Shown: in pieces, positions 9,808 to 18,790 of the stretch
How positions within the stretch are numbered: position 1 is the stretch's first letter
Layout: every line of letters starts with the position of its first letter
DNA from: Desulfotalea psychrophila LSv54
GTDB lineage: Bacteria; Desulfobacterota; Desulfobulbia; Desulfobulbales; Desulfocapsaceae
Length of the DNA stretch: 32,000 bases
Reading direction: 5' to 3'
Assembly: GCF_000025945.1 (NCBI RefSeq)
Contig: NC_006138.1
Span: 210,001 to 242,000, forward strand
The notes under the pieces: model-generated
What the model was told of the DNA's origin: nothing
The model's database searches: none
The model's input: the letters and a program-made list of their open reading frames with translations, nothing else
Position numbers and translations under genes: made by a program

Positions 9808-10848
9808 ATGACAAAGAAACGCATAGGCCTGCTACTATTATTAGCGACATTCATGGCATTACCAGCAAGTTCAAATGCCTGCACCAGATCGCTCTACAAG
9901 GCGGGTGATGGCCGTTTTCTAACCGGTAGAAGCATGGATTGGGACACGAACCTCCATAGTAACCTCTGGGTATTTCCCCGCGGCATGGAAAGAAACGGTG
10001 GAATTGACAACAAGTCAATAAAATGGACCTCTAAATATGGTAGCCTTACCGCATCGGCGTTTGGGGCTGCTACGGCTGATGGCATAAACGAAAAGGGGCT
10101 GGTAACAAACCTTCTCTACCTTGTCGAGTCGGATTACGGTAAATCAAATAAACCAACTCTCTCTGTTGGTGCCTGGGCCCAATATGTTCTGGACAACTAT
10201 GCAACTGTAGCAGAGGCCGTGGATGGACTACGCAAGGCACCCTTTCAAATTATTGCACCACTACTGCCAGGCAAGGTAGCCGCTGGCGTCCATTTAGCGA
10301 TATCTGACAGCCAAGGCGACTCGGCAATTGCTGAATATCTCAACGGAACACTCACCATCCATCATGGGAAAGGATACCTGGTGATGACCAACTCGCCAAG
10401 CTTTGACAAGCAGCTAGCCCTCAATGCCTATTGGCAGGAACTTGGTGGGATAACAATGCTCCCCGGCACCAATAGGGCAAGTGATCGCTTTGCCCGGGCA
10501 AGTTTTTATACCAAAAGCACCCCTGCATTTAAAGATGAGCGAATGGCCGTAGGTGCTATTTTCAGTATCATTAGAAACGCTTCCGTGCCCCTAGGTTTTA
10601 CTGATCCCAAACAACCAAATATCGCCACGACTCTCTGGCGCTCGGTTTCAGACCAGAAGAGCCTCACATATTATTTTGAGTCAACAATTTCTCCCAATAT
10701 ATTCTGGGTCGATCTCCACAAATTAGACTTCAACTCTACAGCTCAAGTCAAAGAGCTCAATCTTAATGCTCAACCCATCTTTGCAGGTGAAGTTTCAGCC
10801 AAGTTTGTCCCGGCAAAACCCTTCAAATGGCTTGCCCCAGGCAAGTAA
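9808..10848 (+). CDS. Exported choloylglycine hydrolase / penicillin V acylase family (linear amide C-N hydrolase), copy 1
   Basis: Signal peptide ending SSNA then C25 as predicted N-terminal nucleophile; CTRSLYKAGDGRFLTGRSMDW gives Cys, +16 Arg, +19 Asp spacing typical of the family; VMTNSPSFDKQL, NRASDRFARASFY. Confidence 0.9.
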   Translation: MTKKRIGLLLLLATFMALPASSNACTRSLYKAGDGRFLTGRSMDWDTNLHSNLWVFPRGMERNGGIDNKSIKWTSKYGSLTASAFGAATADGINEKGLVTNLLYLVESDYGKSNKPTLSVGAWAQYVLDNYATVAEAVDGLRKAPFQIIAPLLPGKVAAGVHLAISDSQGDSAIAEYLNGTLTIHHGKGYLVMTNSPSFDKQLALNAYWQELGGITMLPGTNRASDRFARASFYTKSTPAFKDERMAVGAIFSIIRNASVPLGFTDPKQPNIATTLWRSVSDQKSLTYYFESTISPNIFWVDLHKLDFNSTAQVKELNLNAQPIFAGEVSAKFVPAKPFKWLAPGK

Positions 10849-10867
10849 TAGAGTAAGGACTCGAACC

Positions 10868-10894
10868 GATAGGCCTGTGCGCCACAGGCCTATC
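10868..10894 (+). terminator. 12-bp hairpin GATAGGCCTGTG-CGC-CACAGGCCTATC downstream of acylase copy 1 (no U tract)
   Basis: Perfect inverted repeat 20 nt after the stop codon, shared in design with the hairpin after copy 2, but not followed by a T run. Confidence 0.55.
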
Positions 10895-11108
10895 ACCTCC
10901 CTAGCACAACTCTTTACCCCTTGAAAAAAGCCATGGCCCTTCTAGCTCATGGAAAGACATGCAGTTCCATGCTGCCACAATAGCTGCTCAAATTAATCCA
11001 TTAATAAAATTAAAATCTTTTTCCCATCCAAATCCCCCCTAAACCGTGTATCGTACCCTCGCTCCATATATCAGTTTTTATTACTATTTTTAAGATAGAG
11101 AGAGGATT

Positions 11109-12149
11109 ATGAAAAAGACACGCATAGGCCTGCTACTGTTATTAGCAATATTCATGACATCACCAATAAACTCAGATGCCTGCACACGGTCGCTCTATAA
11201 GGCGGGCGATGGCCGTTTTTTGACCAGCAGAAGCATGGATTGGCAAACGGATCTGCACAGTAATCTCTGGGTCTTTCCCCGGGGCATGAAAAAAGACGGC
11301 GGAATTGACAGCAAGTCAATAAAATGGACCTCTAAATATGGCAGTCTTACCGCATCGGCATTTAGGGCATCCACAGCAGACGGCATGAACGAAAAGGGAC
11401 TGGTCATAAACCTCCTCTATCTTGCCGAGGCGGATTACGGCAAATCAAACAAACCCACCCTCTCAGCAGGTGCCTGGGGCCAGTATGTTTTAGATAACTA
11501 TGCAACGGTGGCAGAAGCCGTGGCTGGCCTGCGCAAGGCACCATTTCAAATTATCGCGCCCCTACTGCCAGGAGATATCGCAGCTGGTATCCATCTCTCA
11601 ATATCCGACAGCCAAGGTGACTCGGCCATTGTTGAATATATCGGCGGCAAACTCATCATTCACCACAGCAAAAAATATCTGGTAATGACCAACTCGCCAA
11701 GCTTTGATCAGCAGCTATCCCTCAATGCCTATTGGCAGGAACTTGGTGGCTTAACAATGCTACCCGGCACCAATAGGGCAAGTGATCGCTTTGCCCGGGC
11801 AAGTTATTACACCATAAGCAGTCCTCCATTTAAAGATGAGCGAATGGCCGTCGGGGCAGCCTTTAGTATCATTCGAAATGTCTCCGTCCCCCTGGGGTTC
11901 AGGGATGCCAAGAAACCCAATATCGCCACAACTCTCTGGCGCTCGGTTTCAGACCAGAAGAGCCTGAAATATTATTTCGAATCAACGACTTCTCCCAATA
12001 TATTCTGGGTAGATCTCCACAAATTAGACCTCAGCACCACAGCCCAAACCAAAAAACTCGACCTGAGCAATCGCCCCATCTTTGCAGGTGAAGTCTCAGC
12101 CAAGTTTGTCCCGGCAACACCATTCAAGTGGCTTGCCCCAAGTAAATGA
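11109..12149 (+). CDS. Exported choloylglycine hydrolase / penicillin V acylase family, copy 2 (tandem paralog)
   Basis: 346 aa, collinear without gaps with copy 1; same C25/R41/D44 pattern (ACTRSLYKAGDGRFLTSRSMDW). Confidence 0.9.
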   Translation: MKKTRIGLLLLLAIFMTSPINSDACTRSLYKAGDGRFLTSRSMDWQTDLHSNLWVFPRGMKKDGGIDSKSIKWTSKYGSLTASAFRASTADGMNEKGLVINLLYLAEADYGKSNKPTLSAGAWGQYVLDNYATVAEAVAGLRKAPFQIIAPLLPGDIAAGIHLSISDSQGDSAIVEYIGGKLIIHHSKKYLVMTNSPSFDQQLSLNAYWQELGGLTMLPGTNRASDRFARASYYTISSPPFKDERMAVGAAFSIIRNVSVPLGFRDAKKPNIATTLWRSVSDQKSLKYYFESTTSPNIFWVDLHKLDLSTTAQTKKLDLSNRPIFAGEVSAKFVPATPFKWLAPSK

Positions 12150-12170
12150 TAAGCTAACGACTCGGAGCAG

Positions 12171-12200
12171 ATAGGCCTGTTGCAATACAGGCCTATTTTC
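12171..12200 (+). terminator. Intrinsic terminator ATAGGCCTGT-TGCAAT-ACAGGCCTAT followed by TTTT
   Basis: Perfect 10-bp stem directly downstream of copy 2 with trailing T run. Confidence 0.75.
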
Positions 12201-12356
12201 CCCCTCAACAAAAGAGAGCATAATGGTGAGCATAACTCTCTCACCCCCTACCCATCCTTGCTCTTTTAGTATCAAAACCAGATCCCCCAGCCCCATAGCG
12301 ACCACGCCCAAAATGCCAAATACACCTTCTTACAAGGTCTTGCCGAAAATCATTTG

Positions 12357-12388
12357 TTGACAAATTATATTTAACAATATAGTATTGT
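12357..12388 (+). promoter_or_regulatory. Candidate sigma70-type promoter with operator palindrome for proVWX
   Basis: TTGACA 12357-12362, 17-nt spacer, TAGTAT 12380-12385; inverted repeat ACAATA-TAG-TATTGT (12374-12388) overlaps the -10. Confidence 0.5.
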
Positions 12389-12490
12389 CCCATATTATAT
12401 TAACCAATATATTTTCCTCCCCAACAAATCATCCCTTTTTCCTAGTATCGAAAAAAGTGGATGGATCTTCCAAAATGTTAAGGCCTCTTT

Positions 12491-13756
12491 ATGAAAAAAA
12501 TAGAAGTGCGTAATTTATACAAGATTTTTGGTCCTGATCCAGACAAGGGAATGAAGCTCCTTGCCCAGGGTATGGACAAGCAGGACATACACGAGAAAAC
12601 GGGCATGACCGTCGGTGTCCAGGATGCCAGCTTCACTATCAACCAGGGAGAAATATTTGTTATCATGGGCCTTTCCGGATCCGGCAAATCTACCCTGGTT
12701 CGTACCCTGAACAGACTTATCGAACCTACCTCTGGCGAAATCCTGGTGGATGGAGAGAATATTCTCAAGATGGATAAGGCTGAATTGGTCACATTTCGCC
12801 GGGCAAAGACAGGTATGGTCTTCCAATCCTTCGCCCTCATGCCCCAGCTCACTGTAATAGAAAATGTCGCCTTCGGCCTCGATCTCGATGGCATGGAGAA
12901 GGAACAGCGCCTTGAACGCGCCCAGGACGCCCTCAATCAGGTAGGTCTTAATGGTTGGGAAAACTCCTACCCCAAGGAGCTCAGTGGTGGCATGCAGCAA
13001 CGGGTGGGCCTTGCCCGCGGACTTGCCGTAGATCCCGACATACTCCTTATGGATGAGGCATTTTCGGCCCTTGACCCCCTGATCCGCACAGAGATGCAAG
13101 ACGAACTCCTCAAGCTACAGGATCAACAAGAACGAACCATCGTCTTTATCTCCCATGATCTCGACGAGGCCCTACGCATAGGTGATCGTATTGCCATTAT
13201 GGAGGGTGGCCGGGTGGTTCAGGTCGGCACCCCGGAAGAGATTCTGCAAAATCCAGCCGATGACTATGTACGAGCCTTTTTTCGCGGAGTTGACCCAACA
13301 GGCGTTATCTCAGCAGGCGATATTGTCCGGGACACCCAACCAACGGTTATCTGGCATACTCCGGCAGGAAGTTTACGGGCAACCCTTGAGCTGCTCAACA
13401 ACAGAGACCGGGAATATGCCTATGTCATAGGGTCAAAACGCACATTTTTTGGTGTCGTTTCAACGGATAGCCTCTGCGATACAATCGAGGCCGATGGCCA
13501 AGGGAAGAATAAGCCCAAAATAGAAGATGCCTTTATTCCTGAAGCCAAGGCAGTGCAGGATGATGAAAGTCTTCAAGATATTCTGAAGAAGGTGGCATCC
13601 CACCCCTGGCCCATTCCCGTGGTTGATGAGGACGGAAAATATCGCGGGGTTGTTTCCAAAAACAGTTTTCTCCGCACCCTCTACCGCGCTGAAAATGGTT
13701 CACATTTTGGCAACAATCCAACAGATGGCACACATGAGGGAGAAGACAAATGCTAA
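12491..13756 (+). CDS. proV: Glycine betaine/proline ABC transporter ATP-binding subunit with C-terminal CBS region
   Basis: IFGPDPDKGMKLLAQGMDKQDIHEKTGMTVGVQDASFTI; Walker A GLSGSGKST; signature LSGGMQQRVGLARGLAVDPDILLMDEAFSALDPLIR; Walker B; C-terminal CBS-like tail. Confidence 0.96.
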   Translation: MKKIEVRNLYKIFGPDPDKGMKLLAQGMDKQDIHEKTGMTVGVQDASFTINQGEIFVIMGLSGSGKSTLVRTLNRLIEPTSGEILVDGENILKMDKAELVTFRRAKTGMVFQSFALMPQLTVIENVAFGLDLDGMEKEQRLERAQDALNQVGLNGWENSYPKELSGGMQQRVGLARGLAVDPDILLMDEAFSALDPLIRTEMQDELLKLQDQQERTIVFISHDLDEALRIGDRIAIMEGGRVVQVGTPEEILQNPADDYVRAFFRGVDPTGVISAGDIVRDTQPTVIWHTPAGSLRATLELLNNRDREYAYVIGSKRTFFGVVSTDSLCDTIEADGQGKNKPKIEDAFIPEAKAVQDDESLQDILKKVASHPWPIPVVDEDGKYRGVVSKNSFLRTLYRAENGSHFGNNPTDGTHEGEDKC

Positions 13757-14592
13757 ACTTTGAAGATCAGGTGATCCCCCTTGATACATGGATCAATACA
13801 TTTGTAGACTGGTTAGTTGAAGGCTATCGTTGGTTTTTTCAGGCCATAAAATGGCCCATAGAGCAGACACTTTCCGGAGCAGAGAATGGCCTACTTGCCC
13901 TGCCACCGATTATTGTTATTGCAGTGGTATGTCTTATTGCCTGGCGAGTTTCAGGCAAAAGGCTCGCCTTCGGCAGCTTGCTGGCCATGGTCTTTATTGG
14001 CCTTCTCGGCCTGTGGGAAGAGACCATGATCACCCTGGCCATGGTTCTCTCCTCCGTTGTTTTTTGCATGATTGCTGGTATCCCCCTCGGCATTTTGGCC
14101 GGGCGTAGCAATCGCTTTAATACGTTTTTGCGGCCTGTTCTTGATGCAATGCAGACGACTCCAGCCTTTGTCTATCTGGTGCCCATTGTTATGCTCTTTT
14201 CCATTGGTAATGTGGCCGGAGTTATCGCTACCATTGTCTTTGCCCTACCTCCACTTGTTCGCCTGACCAGTCTTGGTATTCGCCAGGTCCATCCTGAGCT
14301 GGTAGAAGCCGCCCTGGCCTTTGGGGCGACGGGATGGCAGGTCCTATTCAAAGTACAAATCCCTCTTGCCCTACCCACCATCATGGCCGGCATTAACCAA
14401 ACCATTATGATGGCGCTTTCCATGGTAGTTATTGCCGCCCTTATCGGAGCAGGTGGTCTTGGCGCTCCTGTTGTACTTGGCCTCAATACTCTTGATATCG
14501 GCGGGGCAACGGTGGGTGGCCTTGGCATTGTTCTTATGGCAATAATTCTCGACCGAATAACCCAGGCCATGGGCAAAAAAAAAGGTAAATAA
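13750..14592 (+). CDS. proW: Glycine betaine/proline ABC transporter permease
   Basis: QTTPAFVYLVPIVMLFSIGNVAGVIATIVFALPPLVRLTSLGIRQV permease motif; overlaps proV end by 7 nt. Confidence 0.95.
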   Translation: MLNFEDQVIPLDTWINTFVDWLVEGYRWFFQAIKWPIEQTLSGAENGLLALPPIIVIAVVCLIAWRVSGKRLAFGSLLAMVFIGLLGLWEETMITLAMVLSSVVFCMIAGIPLGILAGRSNRFNTFLRPVLDAMQTTPAFVYLVPIVMLFSIGNVAGVIATIVFALPPLVRLTSLGIRQVHPELVEAALAFGATGWQVLFKVQIPLALPTIMAGINQTIMMALSMVVIAALIGAGGLGAPVVLGLNTLDIGGATVGGLGIVLMAIILDRITQAMGKKKGK

Positions 14593-14628
14593 GAGTCTTT
14601 CACTATTAATTAATTATAAGGAGAAGGA

Positions 14629-15675
14629 ATGCTAAAAAAAATGATCTGTGGAACCCTCATTGTTTCCGCCATGAGCCTTACAGCCCTTACCACCAGCAGC
14701 GCCAGCACCGCCAACACAGAACTTCCAGGCGAGGGTATTAGAGTACAACCAGCCAGAGCTTCCTGGAATACAGGTTTCTTTCAAGAGGCACTGGTACGCA
14801 AGGGCCTCTCCGAACTAGGATACAAGGTGAAAAAGCCTAAGGATCTCTCACCACCAATTTTTTATAAATCCGTTACTCTGGGTGATATAGATTATTGGAC
14901 CAATGGTTGGTTTCCCATGCACGATGCTCAACTTCCCAAAAACTTTGAAGAAAAGGCCCAAAAGGTTGGCTATGTAATCAAGGCTGGAGGTATGCAGGGC
15001 TATATGGTTTCCAAAAAAGAAGCTGACAAATTTGGTATCACCTCCCTGGCCGACTTCAAACGTGAAGAGGTCAAAAAAGCCTTTGATAAAAACAACAACG
15101 GCAAGGCAGATCTTGTTGCCTGTCCCGGTGGCTGGGCCTGTGAAAAGATCATTGATCACCATCTCGATGTCTATGGATTAGAGGATGATGTCACTCCCAT
15201 CAAAGCTTCTTATGAAGCAGCCATGGCAGGTGCACTTGCCGAGTATCGCAACGATGAGCCCGTATTCTTCTACACCTGGGCCCCCAACTGGACCATTTTC
15301 AAGATGAAGCCCGGCAAGGATGTTGTCTGGATTAATGTACCGGAGATAAAACCCACCGAGGCCCAAAAATCGGCTGCTGAACGAATGACCGCTGAAAATA
15401 TTGACGGGGCCGTCTCCAATCCTATCAAGCTCGGCTTTGTGGTCTCCGATGTGCAGATTGTGGCAAATAAAAAATTTCTTGCCAAAAACCCTGCAGCCAA
15501 ACGTTTCTTTGAAGTTTTCACCCTGCCTCTCAGCGACATTAATGAGCAAAACACCCGAATGAACGAGGGTGAAAAGAGCAGGAAAGATATTAATCGTCAC
15601 GCCGACGAGTGGATTGCCAAGCATACAACCCTATGGAACTCATGGCTTAATGAGGCTCGTAAAGCAGTCCAGTAG
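14629..15675 (+). CDS. proX: Glycine betaine ABC transporter substrate-binding protein
   Basis: Signal peptide; GDIDYWTNGWFPMHDAQLP, FFYTWAPNWTIFKMKPGKDVVWINVPE; directly follows proW. Confidence 0.93.
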   Translation: MLKKMICGTLIVSAMSLTALTTSSASTANTELPGEGIRVQPARASWNTGFFQEALVRKGLSELGYKVKKPKDLSPPIFYKSVTLGDIDYWTNGWFPMHDAQLPKNFEEKAQKVGYVIKAGGMQGYMVSKKEADKFGITSLADFKREEVKKAFDKNNNGKADLVACPGGWACEKIIDHHLDVYGLEDDVTPIKASYEAAMAGALAEYRNDEPVFFYTWAPNWTIFKMKPGKDVVWINVPEIKPTEAQKSAAERMTAENIDGAVSNPIKLGFVVSDVQIVANKKFLAKNPAAKRFFEVFTLPLSDINEQNTRMNEGEKSRKDINRHADEWIAKHTTLWNSWLNEARKAVQ

Positions 15676-15831
15676 ACTGTTTTTCTTGTACGCTTGGAAC
15701 AGACAGGCTATGGTGTGCCAAATTTCAGTGGTTTTTGAAAAAATTTGGTGTTGGTGTCGCCTCCCCTTGAACTATAAGGGCAAGCAAGGTGGATAATAAG
15801 AGAAAAAACTATCTATATTTCAGGAGAGGAT

Positions 15832-16305
15832 ATGGAGAGTAGTCATGCTAAAATACATAATGTAATCCAGAAGTTACGGGTTATATTCAAGGCCACCCAG
15901 GCCCACTCAAAGTATGTGGAGAAGCTCTGCGGACTTAGCAGTGCAAAGTTATGGATGTTGCATGAGGTTGCCACATCTCCCGGTCTCAAAGTCTCACAAC
16001 TTGCCTCCGTGCTCTCAATCCACCCCTCAACCTGTTCTAATATGCTGGACAAACTGGAGGAGCAGGAGCTGATCTCCCGTGATCGCAGCAAGAAAGATCA
16101 GCGCTCTGTCCACCTCTATGTGACTGAGCAGGGCAAGATCCTCCTGGCCAGGGCACCTCAACCTCCTCAGGGGAAACTTACCAGTGCTCTAAAGGAGTTA
16201 CCCTTTGAGCACCTCACCACCCTGGATGATGAGTTGACCCACCTTGTCTCTGTTCTGGATGTACCCGGCGATAAGGTTGGCCTTACCCCCATTGCCAACG
16301 AGTAG
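15832..16305 (+). CDS. MarR-family transcriptional regulator
   Basis: wHTH: LSSAKLWMLHEVATSPGLKVSQLASVLSIHPSTCSNMLDKLEEQELISRDRSKKDQRSVHLYVTEQG. Confidence 0.88.
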   Translation: MESSHAKIHNVIQKLRVIFKATQAHSKYVEKLCGLSSAKLWMLHEVATSPGLKVSQLASVLSIHPSTCSNMLDKLEEQELISRDRSKKDQRSVHLYVTEQGKILLARAPQPPQGKLTSALKELPFEHLTTLDDELTHLVSVLDVPGDKVGLTPIANE

Positions 16306-16425
16306 TGTTCATTCCATGCAGATCAGCCGATCTGCATGGATTCCTCTCCCCCCGCCTTGTTCACCGCTAAAGCAAAATAAAATACTAGCAACAAAGAAGC
16401 TCGATTATTTCTGCGAGAGAAACGG

Positions 16426-17676
16426 TTAACGCACGATCTTTTCGAAATCGGCTCCCGTTGGATTTTGAAACACCCTCAAACCAAAGGTCGGCATGACCGA
16501 GAGGACATGCTCAAAGATCTCTGCCTGAATGGCCTCGTAATTTGCCCACTCCTGATCATTACTGAAAACATAAATCTCAATGGGCAAGCCCGGGGCTCCC
16601 GGATCAAGATGTCTCACCAAAAAGGTCATGTCCTGATGAACCTTGGGATGGGCATGCAGATAGGCCTCCAGATAGGCCCTGAAGGTACCAATATTGGTAA
16701 GGCTTTTCCCATCGGCCAGGGCATCCAGATCGACATTGTCCGCTTCCAGGCTCATCTTCATCTCTTTAAGCTTTTGCCCCATATAGTCCTGCAGAAGATC
16801 AACCTTCATAAAGGCCTCCAGCTCCTGCTCTGAAGAAAACTTAATAGTGTTCATATCTATGGAGATGGAGCGCTTAATCCGGCGCCCGCCCGACTCAGTC
16901 ATTCCCCGCCAGTTAATAAACGATTCACTGGTCAAAAGATGGGTGGGAATGGTAGTGATGGTTTTATCCCAGTTTCTCACCTTAACGGTATTCAAGTTTA
17001 TCTCAACAACATCACCGTTGGCACCGCGACTGGGCATATCCAGCCAATCATCGAGACGCAACATATCGTTTGCCGTAATCTGCACCCCAGCCACAAGGCC
17101 AAGGATAGAATCCTTAAAGACCAAAAGAATAATGGCCATCATTCCACCCATGCCAAGAAAAAGCCCCCCAAGGGCCCTGTCCAGAACAACCGAGACAGAG
17201 GCTACGGCGGCCAAGACCCAGACAATGATTTGCAAGACCTGGATATAGCTATTAATTGGCCGTAACCTAGCCATCTTATATGTCTGATAGATATCAACCA
17301 CAGCGGCGAGAAGGCCATGGACGATAAGGGCACAGGTCAGAATAAAGTAGAGGAAATTAATCTTATAGATAAAAAGCAAAAGACCTGAATAGTCCTCCGC
17401 AGGGAAGAGCAGTTTTGAACCAATGCTGATAATAACAATTGGCACCAGATGAGACAAGCGGCGGAAGACGCCCCTCTTATACATAATACTATCCCAGCGA
17501 TACTTCGTCCTATTAACAATTTTGCTGACATAATTAGAAATAATTTTTTTGCTCAGGTAATTTGCCGCCACAGCAACCAAGGAAAGGGCCAGAAGAAGAA
17601 GAACAGTAGCGATACTCTTAGCCACTCCCTCATCCAAAACAACTACCTGAATCCAGCTCATAACAATATTAAGCAT
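16426..17676 (-). CDS. Mechanosensitive ion channel family protein (MscS/YbdG-like)
   Basis: Multi-TM N-terminus, then MscS-like region LGLVAGVQITANDMLRLDDWLDMPSRGANGDVVEINLNTVKVRNWDKTITTIPTHLLTSESFINWRGM. Confidence 0.9.
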   Translation of the reverse strand: MLNIVMSWIQVVVLDEGVAKSIATVLLLLALSLVAVAANYLSKKIISNYVSKIVNRTKYRWDSIMYKRGVFRRLSHLVPIVIISIGSKLLFPAEDYSGLLLFIYKINFLYFILTCALIVHGLLAAVVDIYQTYKMARLRPINSYIQVLQIIVWVLAAVASVSVVLDRALGGLFLGMGGMMAIILLVFKDSILGLVAGVQITANDMLRLDDWLDMPSRGANGDVVEINLNTVKVRNWDKTITTIPTHLLTSESFINWRGMTESGGRRIKRSISIDMNTIKFSSEQELEAFMKVDLLQDYMGQKLKEMKMSLEADNVDLDALADGKSLTNIGTFRAYLEAYLHAHPKVHQDMTFLVRHLDPGAPGLPIEIYVFSNDQEWANYEAIQAEIFEHVLSVMPTFGLRVFQNPTGADFEKIVR

Positions 17677-17939
17677 CTGTTAACTCCATACTGTGGTTTC
17701 TATTTTTCCTGCCCATAGCCAAGGAGGATTCATCTATTTGCGCCTAGCTGCTACCGGCAGAGTACCCAGTAAAGGGCAAAGGCCTGCAAGCCTTTTACAG
17801 ATAAGGATATCACAGTGAGTCCATATCTTAACAGGAAGATTTCCTCCCAACGCTCAGCAGACGAGGTCCGGCCAGGATTTAGAGCAAAGATGAAAATAAC
17901 GACCTGACCTCACCGGCAGAGGCGAGGTCAGAGAAAAAG

Positions 17940-18670
17940 CTAGGGCCGGTTTTTACGCACCAGCAGGGTTGAAAAATAGTGGAGATCTTCGCTGAGAGCA
18001 GCACGAACATCGTGCCAGATGCGTTCATTGCCACAGCTGGTGCGTTCCACCAGAACGGCATTTTCAAGCATACCCAAAGATTCGAGAAGCTCAACAATAC
18101 GGGGAAGGACACGATAAACCTTCATGAAGACCGCCACATCAACCTGCTGAAGGAGGGAGGCGATTTTCTCGTCTTCAAAGGTTGCAGGCAAGACAACCAA
18201 GCGCTCATCGCCCAGACAGAGGGGCATATTGGCACTGGCCGCCGAAGCTCCCACCGAAGAGACACCGGGAATAACCTCTACCCTGCCCGCCCAACCACAG
18301 GCAGCAAGGGCCTCGTAAACATAAAAGCCGGTACTGTAGATGGCAGGGTCACCGAGAGTAGGAAAGGCAACGTCTTCGCCTGCATCCAATCGTTGGATAA
18401 TGGCCCTGGCCGCCTCTTCCCAGGCAGAGGCAAGTTCTCCATCAACCTCTTGAGCACGACGGACATGCTTCATGGGAAAGCGATGAGTGAGGATGTTTTT
18501 TGCTGCCACCTCGATCACCCCTGCCGCAATGGCCAGGGCCGTACTCTCACCCTCGTCATGGGCCTTGGGCGCAACCAGGTGGTGCATTTTTCTAATATTC
18601 GAACTGCCTTCAGGGTGAGTAGCTCGGGATCACCCGGGCCAACACCAACTACATACAATACACCTTTCAT
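17940..18670 (-). pseudogene. cbiL: Cobalt-precorrin-2 / precorrin-2 C20-methyltransferase with an apparent -1 frameshift
   Basis: ATG at 18670 with upstream AGAGG gives MKGVLYVVGVGPGDPELLTLKAVRILEK; the listed ORF 17940-18587 continues HHLVAPKAHDEGESTALAIA...GDPAIYSTGFYVYEAL..EVIPGVSSVGASAASANMPL. Frames join if the A5 tract (18587-18591) had six A. Confidence 0.85.
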
Positions 18671-18790
18671 CGCCACATCCTCTTCTCGAAAAACCTGGGA
18701 ATTTATTCTCCTGGCCTCTTCTACTCAACAAAAAAAAACGACAGGGACTGGCCCTGCCGTGCAACACTCTTCAAAAAAACCTAAAAAACT

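Noticed and set aside
9808-12149. Idea that the acylase pair is a bile-salt hydrolase locus
   Set aside because: The family spans several substrates and the Gram-negative exported type cannot be assigned to bile salts from sequence; substrate left open.
17778-17795. Short inverted repeat AAAGGC/GCCTTT as a terminator after cbiL
   Set aside because: Only 6 bp with a weak T context on the minus strand; not strong enough to call.
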